Below are positions 25,196 through 37,391 of a stretch of 64,000 bases of DNA, one piece after another (positions within the stretch are counted from its first letter, which is position 1; every line of letters begins with the position of its first letter). The stretch is from NCBI GenBank assembly GCA_951406725.2, contig OX597817.1, forward strand, positions 10,602,001 to 10,666,000, in the 5' to 3' direction. This DNA comes from Octopus vulgaris (lineage: Eukaryota). The translations under genes were made by a program, and so were the position numbers. The notes under the pieces are model-generated. The model searched no databases and was not told the origin of the DNA. It saw only the letters and a list, made by a program, of their open reading frames with translations.

Positions 25196-25604
25196 TATTT
25201 TATAAAATGTAAAAGCAAGATGTTTTGGGGGTTCCTAATTGTTATTTACTGAAAATTTTATTTGGTAGTCGGTTTATAACATTTAAACGTTTTCAAATTT
25301 TTGTGAACACTTGAAATTGCAATCTCGTTCTCTCTGTTCTGTAAGTGATCGTGTGTTTTAAGTGCTTCGAGTTTATATTGCCAACATTCCTTCCAATTAT
25401 CCTTATATGTTGGAGTAGTAGCTGTAAGTTTCAGTTATAACATAACACTTCAGCTGTAACATTTCAGTGCAGTTTGAAATCTATAACCATTGACTTAAAA
25501 CTCCATATATATTCTGCTACTGATGAATGTATTAACTTTTAGATAGCTTTCACATTAATATCTTTGCTGTGTTTATTTTTGATATGTATATATATATGTA
25601 TATA

Positions 25605-25638
<34 letters not shown>

Positions 25639-25979
25639 AATATATATATATAAATATAACATATATATTAGAAAAATAAATACTCCATACTAACTCATTA
25701 GAAATAGCAGCTAAAAACTTTTTAAACTATTTCTATTCTAAAAAAATCTCTCTCATATATGTCCTTATAAACTTTTGTGAGTTGAATTAAGCAAACGCTA
25801 TATATGATTTTCTTTAAGTATTATATTTTAATTTCTAATGAGTTCATATAAGTAATTTATTTTTCTAAGCCCTTTATATAATGTAATAATTTGAATTCGC
25901 CTTAAATGGTCCCTTTGCATACTGAACACTTGGTGAAATTGATTAATAATTAATTAATTTTACCCTCAATTGTTGAAAT

Positions 25980-26440
<461 letters not shown>

Positions 26441-26442
26441 TA

Positions 26443-28011
26443 CTAGCATTATGACCCGTCGTTGCCGGGTCATAGTACTACTGCATGTATATATGTGTAT
26501 ATATATGTACATCTGTATATCTGTATATATATATACATCTACACATAAAATACAAAATACAAAGTTATATCTTGATATCGCTAGTGATAACAATACTCAA
26601 AATATATAACAGAATGGAATTGTAGGCTCGTCTCTTGCAATTTCGATCAATCGTATCTTGTCCTCCCTCTTGTATAGAAGTGTGGCTACAATCCAGCCAA
26701 CCTCTACTTCTGGGAGGGGGGACATTTTAAATTTTTATCCGGGACGTCCTACGTCCCAGATATAAAGGTCGAAAATAAAATATTTACACTTTGCAAGGTT
26801 CGAGTCGAATACTCCCTTGCACAGCTCCGTTGACTCGAACCTTACTTCTATTGTGGCGAATTTACCGCTTCTGGTTAGATATCTTTCATAGTCGCACCAA
26901 GACACTTTTTGATGGTGCTTTCCTCCAGGTGTTCAAATCTTTTTTTTTCTCTATATTGTATACTTTATAGACAATAGTCTTTTCTTTAATTTAATTTTTT
27001 ATTTCGTGTGGTGGTGTTATCCTAGATTCACCGTCTTTGTCGGTGATCAATCCGTATTTCTTCCATTTTAATTTCAATGAGTTCGCGCCCGCCGACGGCT
27101 GCAGCGAAATTCATTTTTGGACTTTCTTCTATCGAAGGCATTCTAACAAAAATGCTTTCGTGTAAACGGTGAAAATATTGTCAATTTCCCCAAACAGGGA
27201 CACAATTCAATTTTTAAACAACAACCAAAGCTCCTTCTCCCAAAGGGGGAGGGTTACAGTTTACAATTATTTAACAAATGCAACACAACAATGTTTCCTT
27301 TACGAGGAACCAACAAACGTGATAACAATAGTTAAACAGTAATAATAATAACAAACCTTACGATGAATCAGAAAGCAGTAAGCAGTTAAAGCTTTAGTCC
27401 TTTATGTATAAGAAATAAACCAACAGCAGTACTCTGTAGGAGCGGCTGTTCGAGAAAACAGATATTACATACAGCCAAACTTCATATAGATACTTAATGC
27501 TAGCTAATTAGCAGATAATCTAATGTAAAAGCACAGCTTCATCTGGACTATTCCATTTCTGAACGCTAATTTTATTTTTAATTTATTCCCATTCATGTGA
27601 AACCACTTATTCAAGTTCAAGTCATTGATGCAATTTTATACCAATTGCTATTTTTACTTTTGTTATGTTACGATTATATTATACTTTAGTTTGATTTTAA
27701 TTATTATTTACTACATATAATTCAATTGTTATTATTATTTTTATTGTTAAAGTGAAAGTATCTGACATAAAATAGAGAAATGTTTTTGTTTCACTCTTAA
27801 CACGTAATACTGAAATAGTAGAGAAGATATGATATTGCTATGGGCTCGCTCTAGGCAAGACGTTGAAAATTTTTTTGCCGATGACACTCCCCGGACCCTA
27901 AGTAAGGCATGTGCAAAATTTGAATAAAATTGGTTGTGTAGTTCTCAAGTTTTAGGGAAACACAGACAGACAGACAGACAGACACACATTCTCAGTTTTA
28001 TATATATAAAG

Positions 28012-28012
<1 letters not shown>
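26443..28012 (-). mobile_element. 1.57-kb Helitron (H2-type 5' end) carrying a Tx1-LINE 5' fragment
   Basis: 5' A|TCTTTATATATATAAAACTGAGAATG; 3' hairpin TATGACCCG...CGGGTCATA followed by CTAG|T. Confidence 0.85.
26620..27145 (-). pseudogene. Fragment of a Tx1-type LINE ORF1 (N-terminal to middle part), paralog of 35889-37376
   Basis: MPSIEESPKMNFAAAVGG ~ VPSIQIEPK...SFALAAGG; KEKTIVYKVY ~ KQKTIIFKTY; KFATIEVRF ~ KFGTVEVRF; YLGRRTSRIKI ~ YMGMRTSRIKI; PEVEVGWIVA ~ PEVEPMWLLA. Contains stops and frameshifts. Confidence 0.85.
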
Positions 28013-28087
<75 letters not shown>

Positions 28088-28491
28088 GTGTATGTATGTA
28101 TGTATGTATGTATGTATGTATGTACTGTTTAATAGTGTGATTTCTTCCATTAGTTGAAGAAAGTTCAGTTAAAAGGAGGAGTACCATGAATTTATACGAG
28201 GAATATTCTTATATTTTAAGAATGGTTAGAAATACTTTATATCTCTACCACATATATTATGTGGAGTAGGTGAGGTGATTATATAACAATTTTGTCATAG
28301 AATCTTCAGCAGATGACCGAGTAGTGGGATTTCTAAATATCGCTTGATGTCTATTATTATAAGCATTAGTAGGAACGACTGTATTACCCTACAAATTAGG
28401 GTTACAATCAGTGAATGTATTAATTCAGAGAGACAGATGTAGTTAAATAACTTTGGGTGTATTTATTGCTGAGTATAAGATTTTTAATGTA

Positions 28492-29017
28492 TTGGGTTGG
28501 CAACTAAGTTCCCGCCGTTTTTTTTTTAAATTTTGGAATTTATTGCGTTTTTAAATTTTGGAATCTTTTTTTGTTTTTCGAGAATTCTATTTATCAATTA
28601 TTTTGGAATCTATTTTGTTTGTTTGTTTTTCTAGTCAATTTTAGTTAATTTTTGTTTATTTTCAGATCATTAAAATGGAATGTCAAATTAAGAAAAACGA
28701 GCATTTTCGACCCCGCCTTCTTTTTGCTTTTAATCAAGGTTCTAAGGCCGCAAAAGCTGCTCGCGACATTTGTGCTGTGTATGGAGAGGGTGCCATAGCT
28801 GAAAGAACCGCTCGTGATTGGTATGCCAAGTTCAAAAATGGAAATTTTGACCTCGAAGATGCACTTCGTTCTGGCCGTCCAGTTGAGTTCGATGAAGAGC
28901 AAATAAACCAAGTTTTGCACGAAAATTCTCGTCAAACGACAAGGGAACTGGCAGAGAAAATGGAATGCTCCAACACTGCTATAGAGAAGCATCTTCACTC
29001 GATGGGAAAGGTTCAGG
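28492..29017 (+). mobile_element. Mariner 5' fragment: left TIR plus transposase HTH region (ORF from 28675), truncated just before WVPHEL
   Basis: TA|TTGGGTTGGCAACTAAG TIR; MECQIKKNEHFR...CAVYGEGA...WYAKFKNGNFDLEDALRSGRP...TTRELAE...HLHSMGKVQ. Confidence 0.9.
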
Positions 29018-29955
29018 AGTATGTCACTTCAGAAGTGTCACGACTGCCCCCACCCCCACAAAAGAATTTTGAGCCTTGTGCCTGGAGTAGAAAAGAATAT
29101 TGTAACATTAAACAACCATGAAATTTCACAAGTTATTAATTTATACACATCAACAATAATAAATAACTTATTAATACTCAAAGCATTATTAAATCTCTGA
29201 ACGAGATGTAAACAGTAACCGCTCGACAATGTAAAGTATAATAGCCATCTCAATATGGCTAACTACAAAGGGTGTTACTGTAGCTTTTAGCCCCAGGAGA
29301 TCATCGTCTCCAGCTGGCTTTAGGCACACTATCTGTGCCCTTATGGTATTTGCAAAGGGAGGCTATCCCTTTCTCGTAAGCCTAAGTGATACGCACGGAC
29401 TGCAGTTTCAAGGTTGTTGCCTCTTGTCAAAGTTATATAAATAACTGTTAAGTTCTAATTATATAAATAATCATTTAGTTCTAATTATTATTTGTGATAT
29501 TTAATGAATCTTTATATATTACAAAATACCTAAAACAGAAATTAGTATATCCTGAATTACATCTAGTGTCGACCATAAGGGATGAAAGGTAAAGTTGACC
29601 CAGGCCAGATTTGAATTCAGTGCTGAAAGTGTGCACAGATGTAAGGCATTCTAACCAACTTTACCAATTCACTATTCATTTCTCTCTCTCTCCCTCCCGC
29701 CACCTCTCTCTCGCCGTCTTTCTCTTTCTGCCTCAATGTGCATACACACACACATACGCGCGCGCGCGCATGTATATATATTATATTCCTGTCACAACAC
29801 TGGGACCTTGAAGACTGCTTAAATGCAAGAAAGTATACTAGTCCCTTAATATTTGATATTCAATATTTCATCTATTCAATAAGACAATCAATATTTCATT
29901 TCATTTTACTATATATACTATATATTCTATATTCTACATTAATATTATAAAGAAT

Positions 29956-30119
29956 AGGCGCAGGAGTGGCTGTGTGGTAAGTAGCTTGCTTACCAACCAC
30001 ATGGTTCCGGGTTCAGTCCCACTGCGTGGCATCTTGGGCAAGTGTCTTCTGCTATAGCCCCGGGCCGACCAATGCCTTGTGAGTGGATTTGGTAGACGGA
30101 AACTGAAAGAAGCCTGTCG

Positions 30120-30164
<45 letters not shown>

Positions 30165-30391
30165 GGGTGTGTATATGTTTGTGTGTGTGTGTGTTTGTCC
30201 CTCTAGCATTGCTTGACAACCGATGCTGGTGTGCTTACGTCCCCGTCACTTAGCGATTTGGCAAAAGAGACCGATAGAATAGGTACTGGGCTTACGAAGA
30301 ATAAGTCCCGGGGTCGTTTTGCTCGACTAAAGGCGGTGCTCCAGCATGACCGCAGTCAAATGACTGAAACAAGTAAAAGAGTAAAAGAGTA
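29956..30391 (+). mobile_element. SINE A, full length
   Basis: Matches the family consensus. Confidence 0.92.
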
Positions 30392-31352
30392 ATATAATAT
30401 AAATAAAACATAAAAAAAACAGACAGAGCTGGAATTCCTTTAAATAATATAATACAAACCTCTTTATATATATATATATATAAAACATTCGTATAAGTAA
30501 ATGTATATATATATATGTGTGTATATGTGTGTGTGTGCGTGTGAGTGTGTGAGTGAGTGTGAGTGTGTGTGTAGGTGTGAGTGAGTGTAAATGATACGAA
30601 ACTAGTAGTTGTAAGCTAATATTACTATTCTCCCTGATGAACAAAACACGTATTTTCTAGTACAGAATCGGGGTTAAGAGTTTAGAATTCGTAATGACGT
30701 CTTAGCACGTCTCTATTACAAATTATTGCAAACCTTTTCCAACAGTATCAATAACGCGAGTAAAGAGAAATTTCTTTGTCTGGGAATCGAAATCGGATTG
30801 TATATTTGACATGCCGAATGCTTAGCTGTTTATCATTTTACATTTTTAGCAGCCCTTTCTTTCATACGAAGTTATTTTTCTCAAATATGTCACATTCTCT
30901 CTCGTTCCTGTTATTTTGTCGGGAAGCGGCTAAGAAAAATATTTTCCACATACCAACATGCAGTTACGAGGTCAGGGAACCGGACACCCTTCCCACAACA
31001 CATGCCAATCAATTGAAACTGACAAAAATCTGAATGGGTAACCAGAGAATTTAACTGAATAACTTCATAACGAACACATATTGCTTGAAGCGTGTCAGGT
31101 GTATTTCAGCACACTTCACAACAGATAGAAGCGGGTAGTCAGGTCAGACAGAGAAAGACAGAGAGACAGACAGACAAACAGACACTATACAGTAATGCGT
31201 CGATAAACAACTTAATTTGTTGCCAGAGAAAAACGAGAATTCGTAAAGCAGAGCAATAATTTCCCATTGTAGCAATGTTATAAATCGTAATTCGTTCCCA
31301 GAAAAATATTTTACCAAACTTTATAATACTCTTAAATAAATGGCAATAAAAC

Positions 31353-31404
<52 letters not shown>

Positions 31405-31440
31405 CACAGAGATCGTTTCTACTGGATACACACGGCCTCA

Positions 31441-31567
31441 ACTTTGGAGGAAGGGATTAAGTTGATTACATCGAACCCAGAGCGTAACTGGTACTTATTT
31501 TATCGACCGAAAGGATGAAAAGCAAAGTCGACCTCAGCGGAATTTGAACGTAACGGCAGACGAAATA
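31441..31567 (-). mobile_element. SINE B fragment starting at TATTTCGTCTGCCG, next to (GATA)n
   Basis: Reverse complement matches the SINE B body. Confidence 0.7.
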
Positions 31568-31570
31568 GTG

Positions 31571-31662
<92 letters not shown>

Positions 31663-31666
31663 TAGC

Positions 31667-31714
31667 AAAAACTGTCCGATGAGCGGCAACGGGAAACTCA
31701 GAGTAACAGGTTTT
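31667..31714 (+). ncRNA. Hammerhead ribozyme-like motif, second family
   Basis: CTGT-CCGATGA-GCGGCAACGG-GAAA-CTC-A-GAG-TA-ACAG: stem I CTGT/ACAG, stem III CTC/GAG, GUA triplet. Stem II is degenerate. Confidence 0.55.
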
Positions 31715-31789
31715 GTTGAATTTTCTGCTGCTTTAAATAACGTATATATATATAGCAGTTACTGTCTATATCTCTTTTATTATTATTGC

Positions 31790-31823
<34 letters not shown>

Positions 31824-32274
31824 ATATATAATTAATCAATATAAGGGTAGCAAAAAATTCAATAGAAATTTTTTGATTAATTAATGATTTTTTGACTAAT
31901 TCTGAAATTAAATCAGCAGTTTATATTTGCTGCTGATAAGTTGGTGCGATTACGGTAGATTTTGAAAATTTAGAGTATATATTCCCGAAGCATAGATGCT
32001 GCTGCCTCGTGAATATTTATTCCTCCTGGCTTCTTTGCCGATGAGACGAGCCATTGGTAAATTGACTTGATTAAATTTAATTTAATCTAATTAGGCTGGT
32101 TTGCCATAAAGTACGTCAAAACAATGCATTGTTCAAAGATAATTAGGGTAAATGTTTTTTAATTTTCCTTTGATTTCTGAATTACTACTACTTAGCGGTT
32201 TGAGCTTTGGCTGCTCTTTCTAGTGAGTCGAATGGCCTATTAGGGCCATTCCTTAATATTGTTGAAATTATATA

Positions 32275-32679
32275 TACTCTTTTTACTCTTTTACTCTTTT
32301 ACTTGTTTCAGTCATTTGACTGTGGCCATGCTGGAGCACCGCCTTTAGTCGAGCAAATCGACCCCGGGACTTATTCTTTGTAAGCCCAGTACTTATTCTA
32401 TCGGTCTCTTTTGCCGAACCGCTAAGTGACGGGGACGTAAACACACAAGCATCAGTTGTCAAGCAATGCTAGGGGGACAAACACAGACACACACACATAC
32501 ATATACATATGTATACATATATACGACAGGCTTCTTTCAGTTTCCGTCTACCAAATCCACTCACAAGGCATTGGTCGGCTCGGGGCTATAGCAGAAGACA
32601 CTTGCCCAAGATGCCACGCAGTGGGACTGAACCCGGAACCATGTGGTTGGTTAGCAAGCTACTTACCACACAGCCACTC
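32275..32679 (-). mobile_element. SINE A
   Basis: Reverse complement of SINE A. Confidence 0.9.
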
Positions 32680-32828
32680 ATATATATATATATGCCCGGA
32701 CTTGTGTCTAGGAGGGTAACTTTCTAGGTGCAATCCCATGGTCATTCATGACCGAAGGTGGTCTTTACCCTTTTATATATATATATATATATATATATCT
32801 CATCTAGAGAATTATTATTGCTATATAT

Positions 32829-32906
<78 letters not shown>

Positions 32907-32908
<2 letters not shown>

Positions 32909-33235
32909 GTAAGACCACCTTCGGTCATAATGACCATGGGATTGCACCTAGAAAGTACCCTCCTAGACACAAGTCCGGGCAAGGTTGTTTATGGAAGACC
33001 AGCAGTCGCCCATGCATACCAGCCTCTCCTCTCCACGCCACCAGTGTTATCCAAGGGAAAGACAAAGGTCGATACAGCTTGGCACCAGTGACGTCGCATC
33101 ATTTCTACAGCTGAGTGAACTGGAGCAACGTGAAATAAAGTGCCTTGCTCAAGAACACAACACGCAGCCCGGTCCGGGATTCGAGCTCACAACCTCACGA
33201 TCGTAAGCTCGACGCTCTAACCACTGAGCCATGCG

Positions 33236-33237
<2 letters not shown>
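32907..33237 (-). mobile_element. tRNA-derived SINE D with CORE-like domain; an inverted copy of its tail lies at 32694-32772
   Basis: Head GGCGCATGGCTCAGTGGTTAGAGCG...CTCGAATCCC; CORE-like TTGTGTTCTTGAGCAAGGCACTTTATTTCACGTTGCTCCAGTTCACTCAGCTGTAGAAATG. Confidence 0.8.
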
Positions 33238-33296
<59 letters not shown>

Positions 33297-33351
33297 CATA
33301 CATGCATGCATGCATGCATACATACATATACATACATACATACATACATAC

Positions 33352-33389
<38 letters not shown>

Positions 33390-35430
33390 GGATGGATCGA
33401 TTTATCGATAGATAGATAGATAGATGACTGGTATAGCAATTATTTAGAGTTCAGTTCTTCAATACTTCCACCAGTTATGTAGTTGTCCCGAGTCTATGAA
33501 GTGTTAAATTTCAAACAGAGTAGTTAACATTTTGTGGCATATCATTGTTCAGTTTCTCTACGGTACTTGTATATTTGCCTACTGGGACCAGGAGGCAGTC
33601 TGACTTACAGGAAATTGTATGTTCCACTCCTTAAAAACTTTCTCTTATCTTTTTATCCGTTTTTTTTCCCTTTATTCTTTCTTCTGACTCCTTACTTTTG
33701 GCGAAATAAAATCATTAACTTATCCGAGTAGACATCAAGTTCACTGGCGTCGACATCAGAAGGGCTTCGAGGTGAATCTCATCGGATAAACGCAGTAGCT
33801 TGCTTCTGGGATGAAATCCTCAGTGAATTATTCAAGGAACATTCGAAACTGATCTTTTCTGTTTGGGAGTAAATTTTCAATTCCTTCAATTTCTGATGGA
33901 ATTGATTTCATATTCGCTGTAGTGATGTAGTTTTATATGCTAATCAATGCCATAAAAGTCATTTTTACCATAAATCAAGAAATAAAGAGTTGATGGCTTT
34001 TAAAGTTTGCAAATTTGGGGTAATTCTAGCCAATCGTAAACCACAGACACATCCATGCCTGTTTCCATAGTAACAAGCTAAGCATGAGAACTCTTTTGTC
34101 TGCGACAAAGCACTTGTTGACAAATATATTCTACTCATTGAGGTGGTGGCGAGATATGCAAAAAATAACATTTAAATAGGCCTTAAATCATGCACCCCCA
34201 AATTCTTTGTTTTGGTTTTTGCATAATTGTGGATTCCTCTGTGTAGAATACAAATTTGCAAAAAATTTCTGAAAATTCCAAAAAATAAGAATGTTATGAG
34301 GGGTTGTATGGCGTGCGTAAAGCAGAATTCTGTCAGTATTTCATTTGTTGACAGTTGACAACACGTGCTGTCACGCACAAAATGACAGATTCCAAATCCT
34401 GTTTCCTGACTGAGTGAAAATCATCAAACTTTAAACCTCTATAACATTTTTAAAAAATTTTCTGGCAAAAGTGAAATATCTCTTGAGATTCAACTTGGAA
34501 AATTACATTAATACAATAAACTTTGAAATTTCCACAATTGCAGTCAAGCAGAAAATATCCCTCAAAACAATTTAGTGATTTAATATGCCACCATCCATTC
34601 ACACCAAATTATATGCCTCGTGTGATTGACCCGGTGGTTCTCAAAGCGCTTAGCTCGATGGATTCCGAAAATATCAGTGACTCTGGAGGGATCAGACCAC
34701 GCCATCTGAAAGACCTGTGAGCTCTAACAGAGCTTTAGAGGATCGACAGGGCTGAAAGATATTCTAACATTAAAGTGGAACGTTAGTATTTGGGATGAAG
34801 TTTTTGCTGAATAGTGTGTGTGGGGTCGCCAAGAAAATTCAACAAAGATTATGAGGACTAATACTTGTGGCAACCTTGAATTTTAAACTGTGTGTTATGT
34901 ATGGCAAGACGGGACGAGATACGATATTGTGTTCTTGATATGAGTAGTTACTGGGTCTTTCAAGTTAACTTGCAGAATAACCAGTAGTAACTACTTTATA
35001 CTATCACTTCAACGAAAATGATATTACTATTGCTAAACACAGTTAATATCTTACAGGGTGCACTGGACTACAATCTTCAATGTGCTTTACGTTGCACAGC
35101 AAGTAAACTCGATCAGATAGATTCGATAACCCAATGCAAAATTCTAGTGGACTTCTTACTTTAAAAGCACCATGATTTCGATCTTATTTTTTACGCTCAC
35201 TATTCTATATGAGTTTTATCCATTAGAGATATTAAAACGAATTTACAAAATCAACACACTCGTATATACCATTTTCTATGCCTTCGACATTTTCTTCATC
35301 GAACATACTTTATTGCCTGAAATCAAGTGCTGCGGTGTTTCCATTCTGCTGACATTCTACGCCACGAAAAATTGGTTTGAAGCAGTCAGATTAATGCTGA
35401 AACTGTTCTCAATATTATTATGGAACATAG

Positions 35431-35640
35431 ACGGCGAGTTGGCAGAATTGTTAGCATGCAGGGAAAAATACTTCGCGGCATTTCGTCCGTCTTCACGTTC
35501 TGAGTTCAAATTCTGCCGAGGTCGACTTTGCCTTTCATCCTTTCGGGGTCAATAAAATAAGTACCAGTTGAGTACTGCGGTCGATGTAATAGACTTACCC
35601 ACTTCCCCGAACTTGCTGGTCTTGTGCCAAAATTTGAAAT
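35431..35640 (+). mobile_element. SINE B with old tail
   Basis: Head, body and tail CTTGTGCCAAAATTTGAAAT. Confidence 0.85.
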
Positions 35641-35888
35641 TAATATTATTATAGAATATAAAGGCGGCGAACTGGCAGAATCGTTAGCACGCCGGGAGAA
35701 ATGCTTAGCCGTATTTCGTCTGTCGCACATGTGTTCGTGAAGTAAGAATTGCTGTTTCGTGGTGTTAATATTGTTAACAACTGTTGTTTCTTGTTAAACT
35801 GTTGAATAACTTAACTGTTGGAGTTTTCAATTGAAAACACTTAGTGCTTGTGGTAGCACGCGTTGTTCATTCCCCTTTGGGGGGAAGA

Positions 35889-37376
35889 ATGTCGTCTAGC
35901 ATGGAGCCTACCGTTGGAGCAGAAATACTTGTTTCTCCTGTTGAGAGGAGGAAATACATGTCCGGCGAGGAGCCAACTACAGACAAGGAAATAGGGGTTT
36001 CCCCCGTTACAAGAAGGAATAGCAGAGAGGATAATATATTTGATATTTTTGGAGATGTGTCTGAGAGCTCGTCAGAACTTTCACCAGAAGAGTTTCCGAC
36101 TTTGCCAGAGAACAAAGGCATTGTGTCGAAGAGAATAATTGATGTGCCTAGCATCCAGATAGAACCAAAAAATGGAAAAAAAAGTTTTGCGTTGGCTGCT
36201 GGGGGTGGAACCCAGATACTGTCGACGAATAAAAGCGAAATTATGAAATACAGCAAAATGATGGAAATAACTGACAACGGTGTGAAAATTGAACCTCCGC
36301 AAAAGTTATTACAGGAAGAAAAGCAAAAAACAATAATTTTCAAAACATATTGTCTACAAAAAAGAAAAATTGAAAGAATGTCAGAAGAGAAAATAGAAAA
36401 GTGCTTGAAGCCAATATTGGGCGACGTAGTATTTCTGAGAAGAGGAAAAAAATTCGGAACGGTAGAAGTAAGGTTCACCAATAAAGAAATAGCACACAAG
36501 AACTCAGTTGAAACGTTGAAAACGAACGACGTGGAGTTAATCCCCTATTATATGGGGATGAGGACGTCGCGAATAAAAATTACAAGGGTCCCGCCAGAGG
36601 TCGAACCTATGTGGTTGTTGGCGGCAGTCCTAATCAAAGAGGTAGAAAAAATTACTCTCCTCCAGGCTACCGCTACGGAAAACCCACGCTGGGATGGTCA
36701 AACAATTAATCTTCTCATTCAAGCGGACCCTAAAATAATTCAAACAATTCCTGAGACAATTGAGGTAGGGGAGGAGAACCTCGTGGTGTTTGTTGAGGGC
36801 CGAAAACCTCGATGTTTTTTATGTGGTCAATTAGGCCACATTCGAAGGAACTGCAAGGAAAATGAAGAAGAGGAGGAAGAGGAGAAAAAAGAGGAAGAAG
36901 ATAAGGAAGAAACAGATGAGAAAAAAACAACAAACAAAAGAAAAATACAACCAGCAACCCAGCCGAGAGCGGCGACTACTACAGAACAACGACCAAAAAA
37001 GACTGCCAGAAGAGAAAAAGAAGAAAAAGGCATAATAGCCGTATACACTAAAGATACTGAGCTCATGAGAGACATTCAACTCATAAAGACTGTAAAAAAA
37101 ATTGATAACCTTTCAGAGGAATTTATCAATTACGACATATATGAAGTCTCAAATAAGACTTATAGAATTCTACAAAATAAGTACAGAAAGACTGTATCTT
37201 CATTGAGATTAGATTTTAACAAGTCGATATTTCATGGATTACCAGCTCCGATCCCGCGAGAAAAGGAAAAGGTGGAGATTCCCCCTCCACCTGATAATTC
37301 TGTGTCGGTGGTGAGACGGGATTTTGACAAATCTATTTCCCAAGACCGTCCACCTCCGACCCTGGATCAATCCTAA
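35889..37376 (+). CDS. LINE ORF1, gag-like nucleic-acid-binding protein with CCHC zinc knuckle
   Basis: Intact ~495-aa frame from the first ATG, with CFLCGQLGHIRRNC followed by an acidic/basic tract. Confidence 0.9.
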   Translation: MSSSMEPTVGAEILVSPVERRKYMSGEEPTTDKEIGVSPVTRRNSREDNIFDIFGDVSESSSELSPEEFPTLPENKGIVSKRIIDVPSIQIEPKNGKKSFALAAGGGTQILSTNKSEIMKYSKMMEITDNGVKIEPPQKLLQEEKQKTIIFKTYCLQKRKIERMSEEKIEKCLKPILGDVVFLRRGKKFGTVEVRFTNKEIAHKNSVETLKTNDVELIPYYMGMRTSRIKITRVPPEVEPMWLLAAVLIKEVEKITLLQATATENPRWDGQTINLLIQADPKIIQTIPETIEVGEENLVVFVEGRKPRCFLCGQLGHIRRNCKENEEEEEEEKKEEEDKEETDEKKTTNKRKIQPATQPRAATTTEQRPKKTARREKEEKGIIAVYTKDTELMRDIQLIKTVKKIDNLSEEFINYDIYEVSNKTYRILQNKYRKTVSSLRLDFNKSIFHGLPAPIPREKEKVEIPPPPDNSVSVVRRDFDKSISQDRPPPTLDQS

Positions 37377-37391
37377 TTAAACAGGTAAGTG

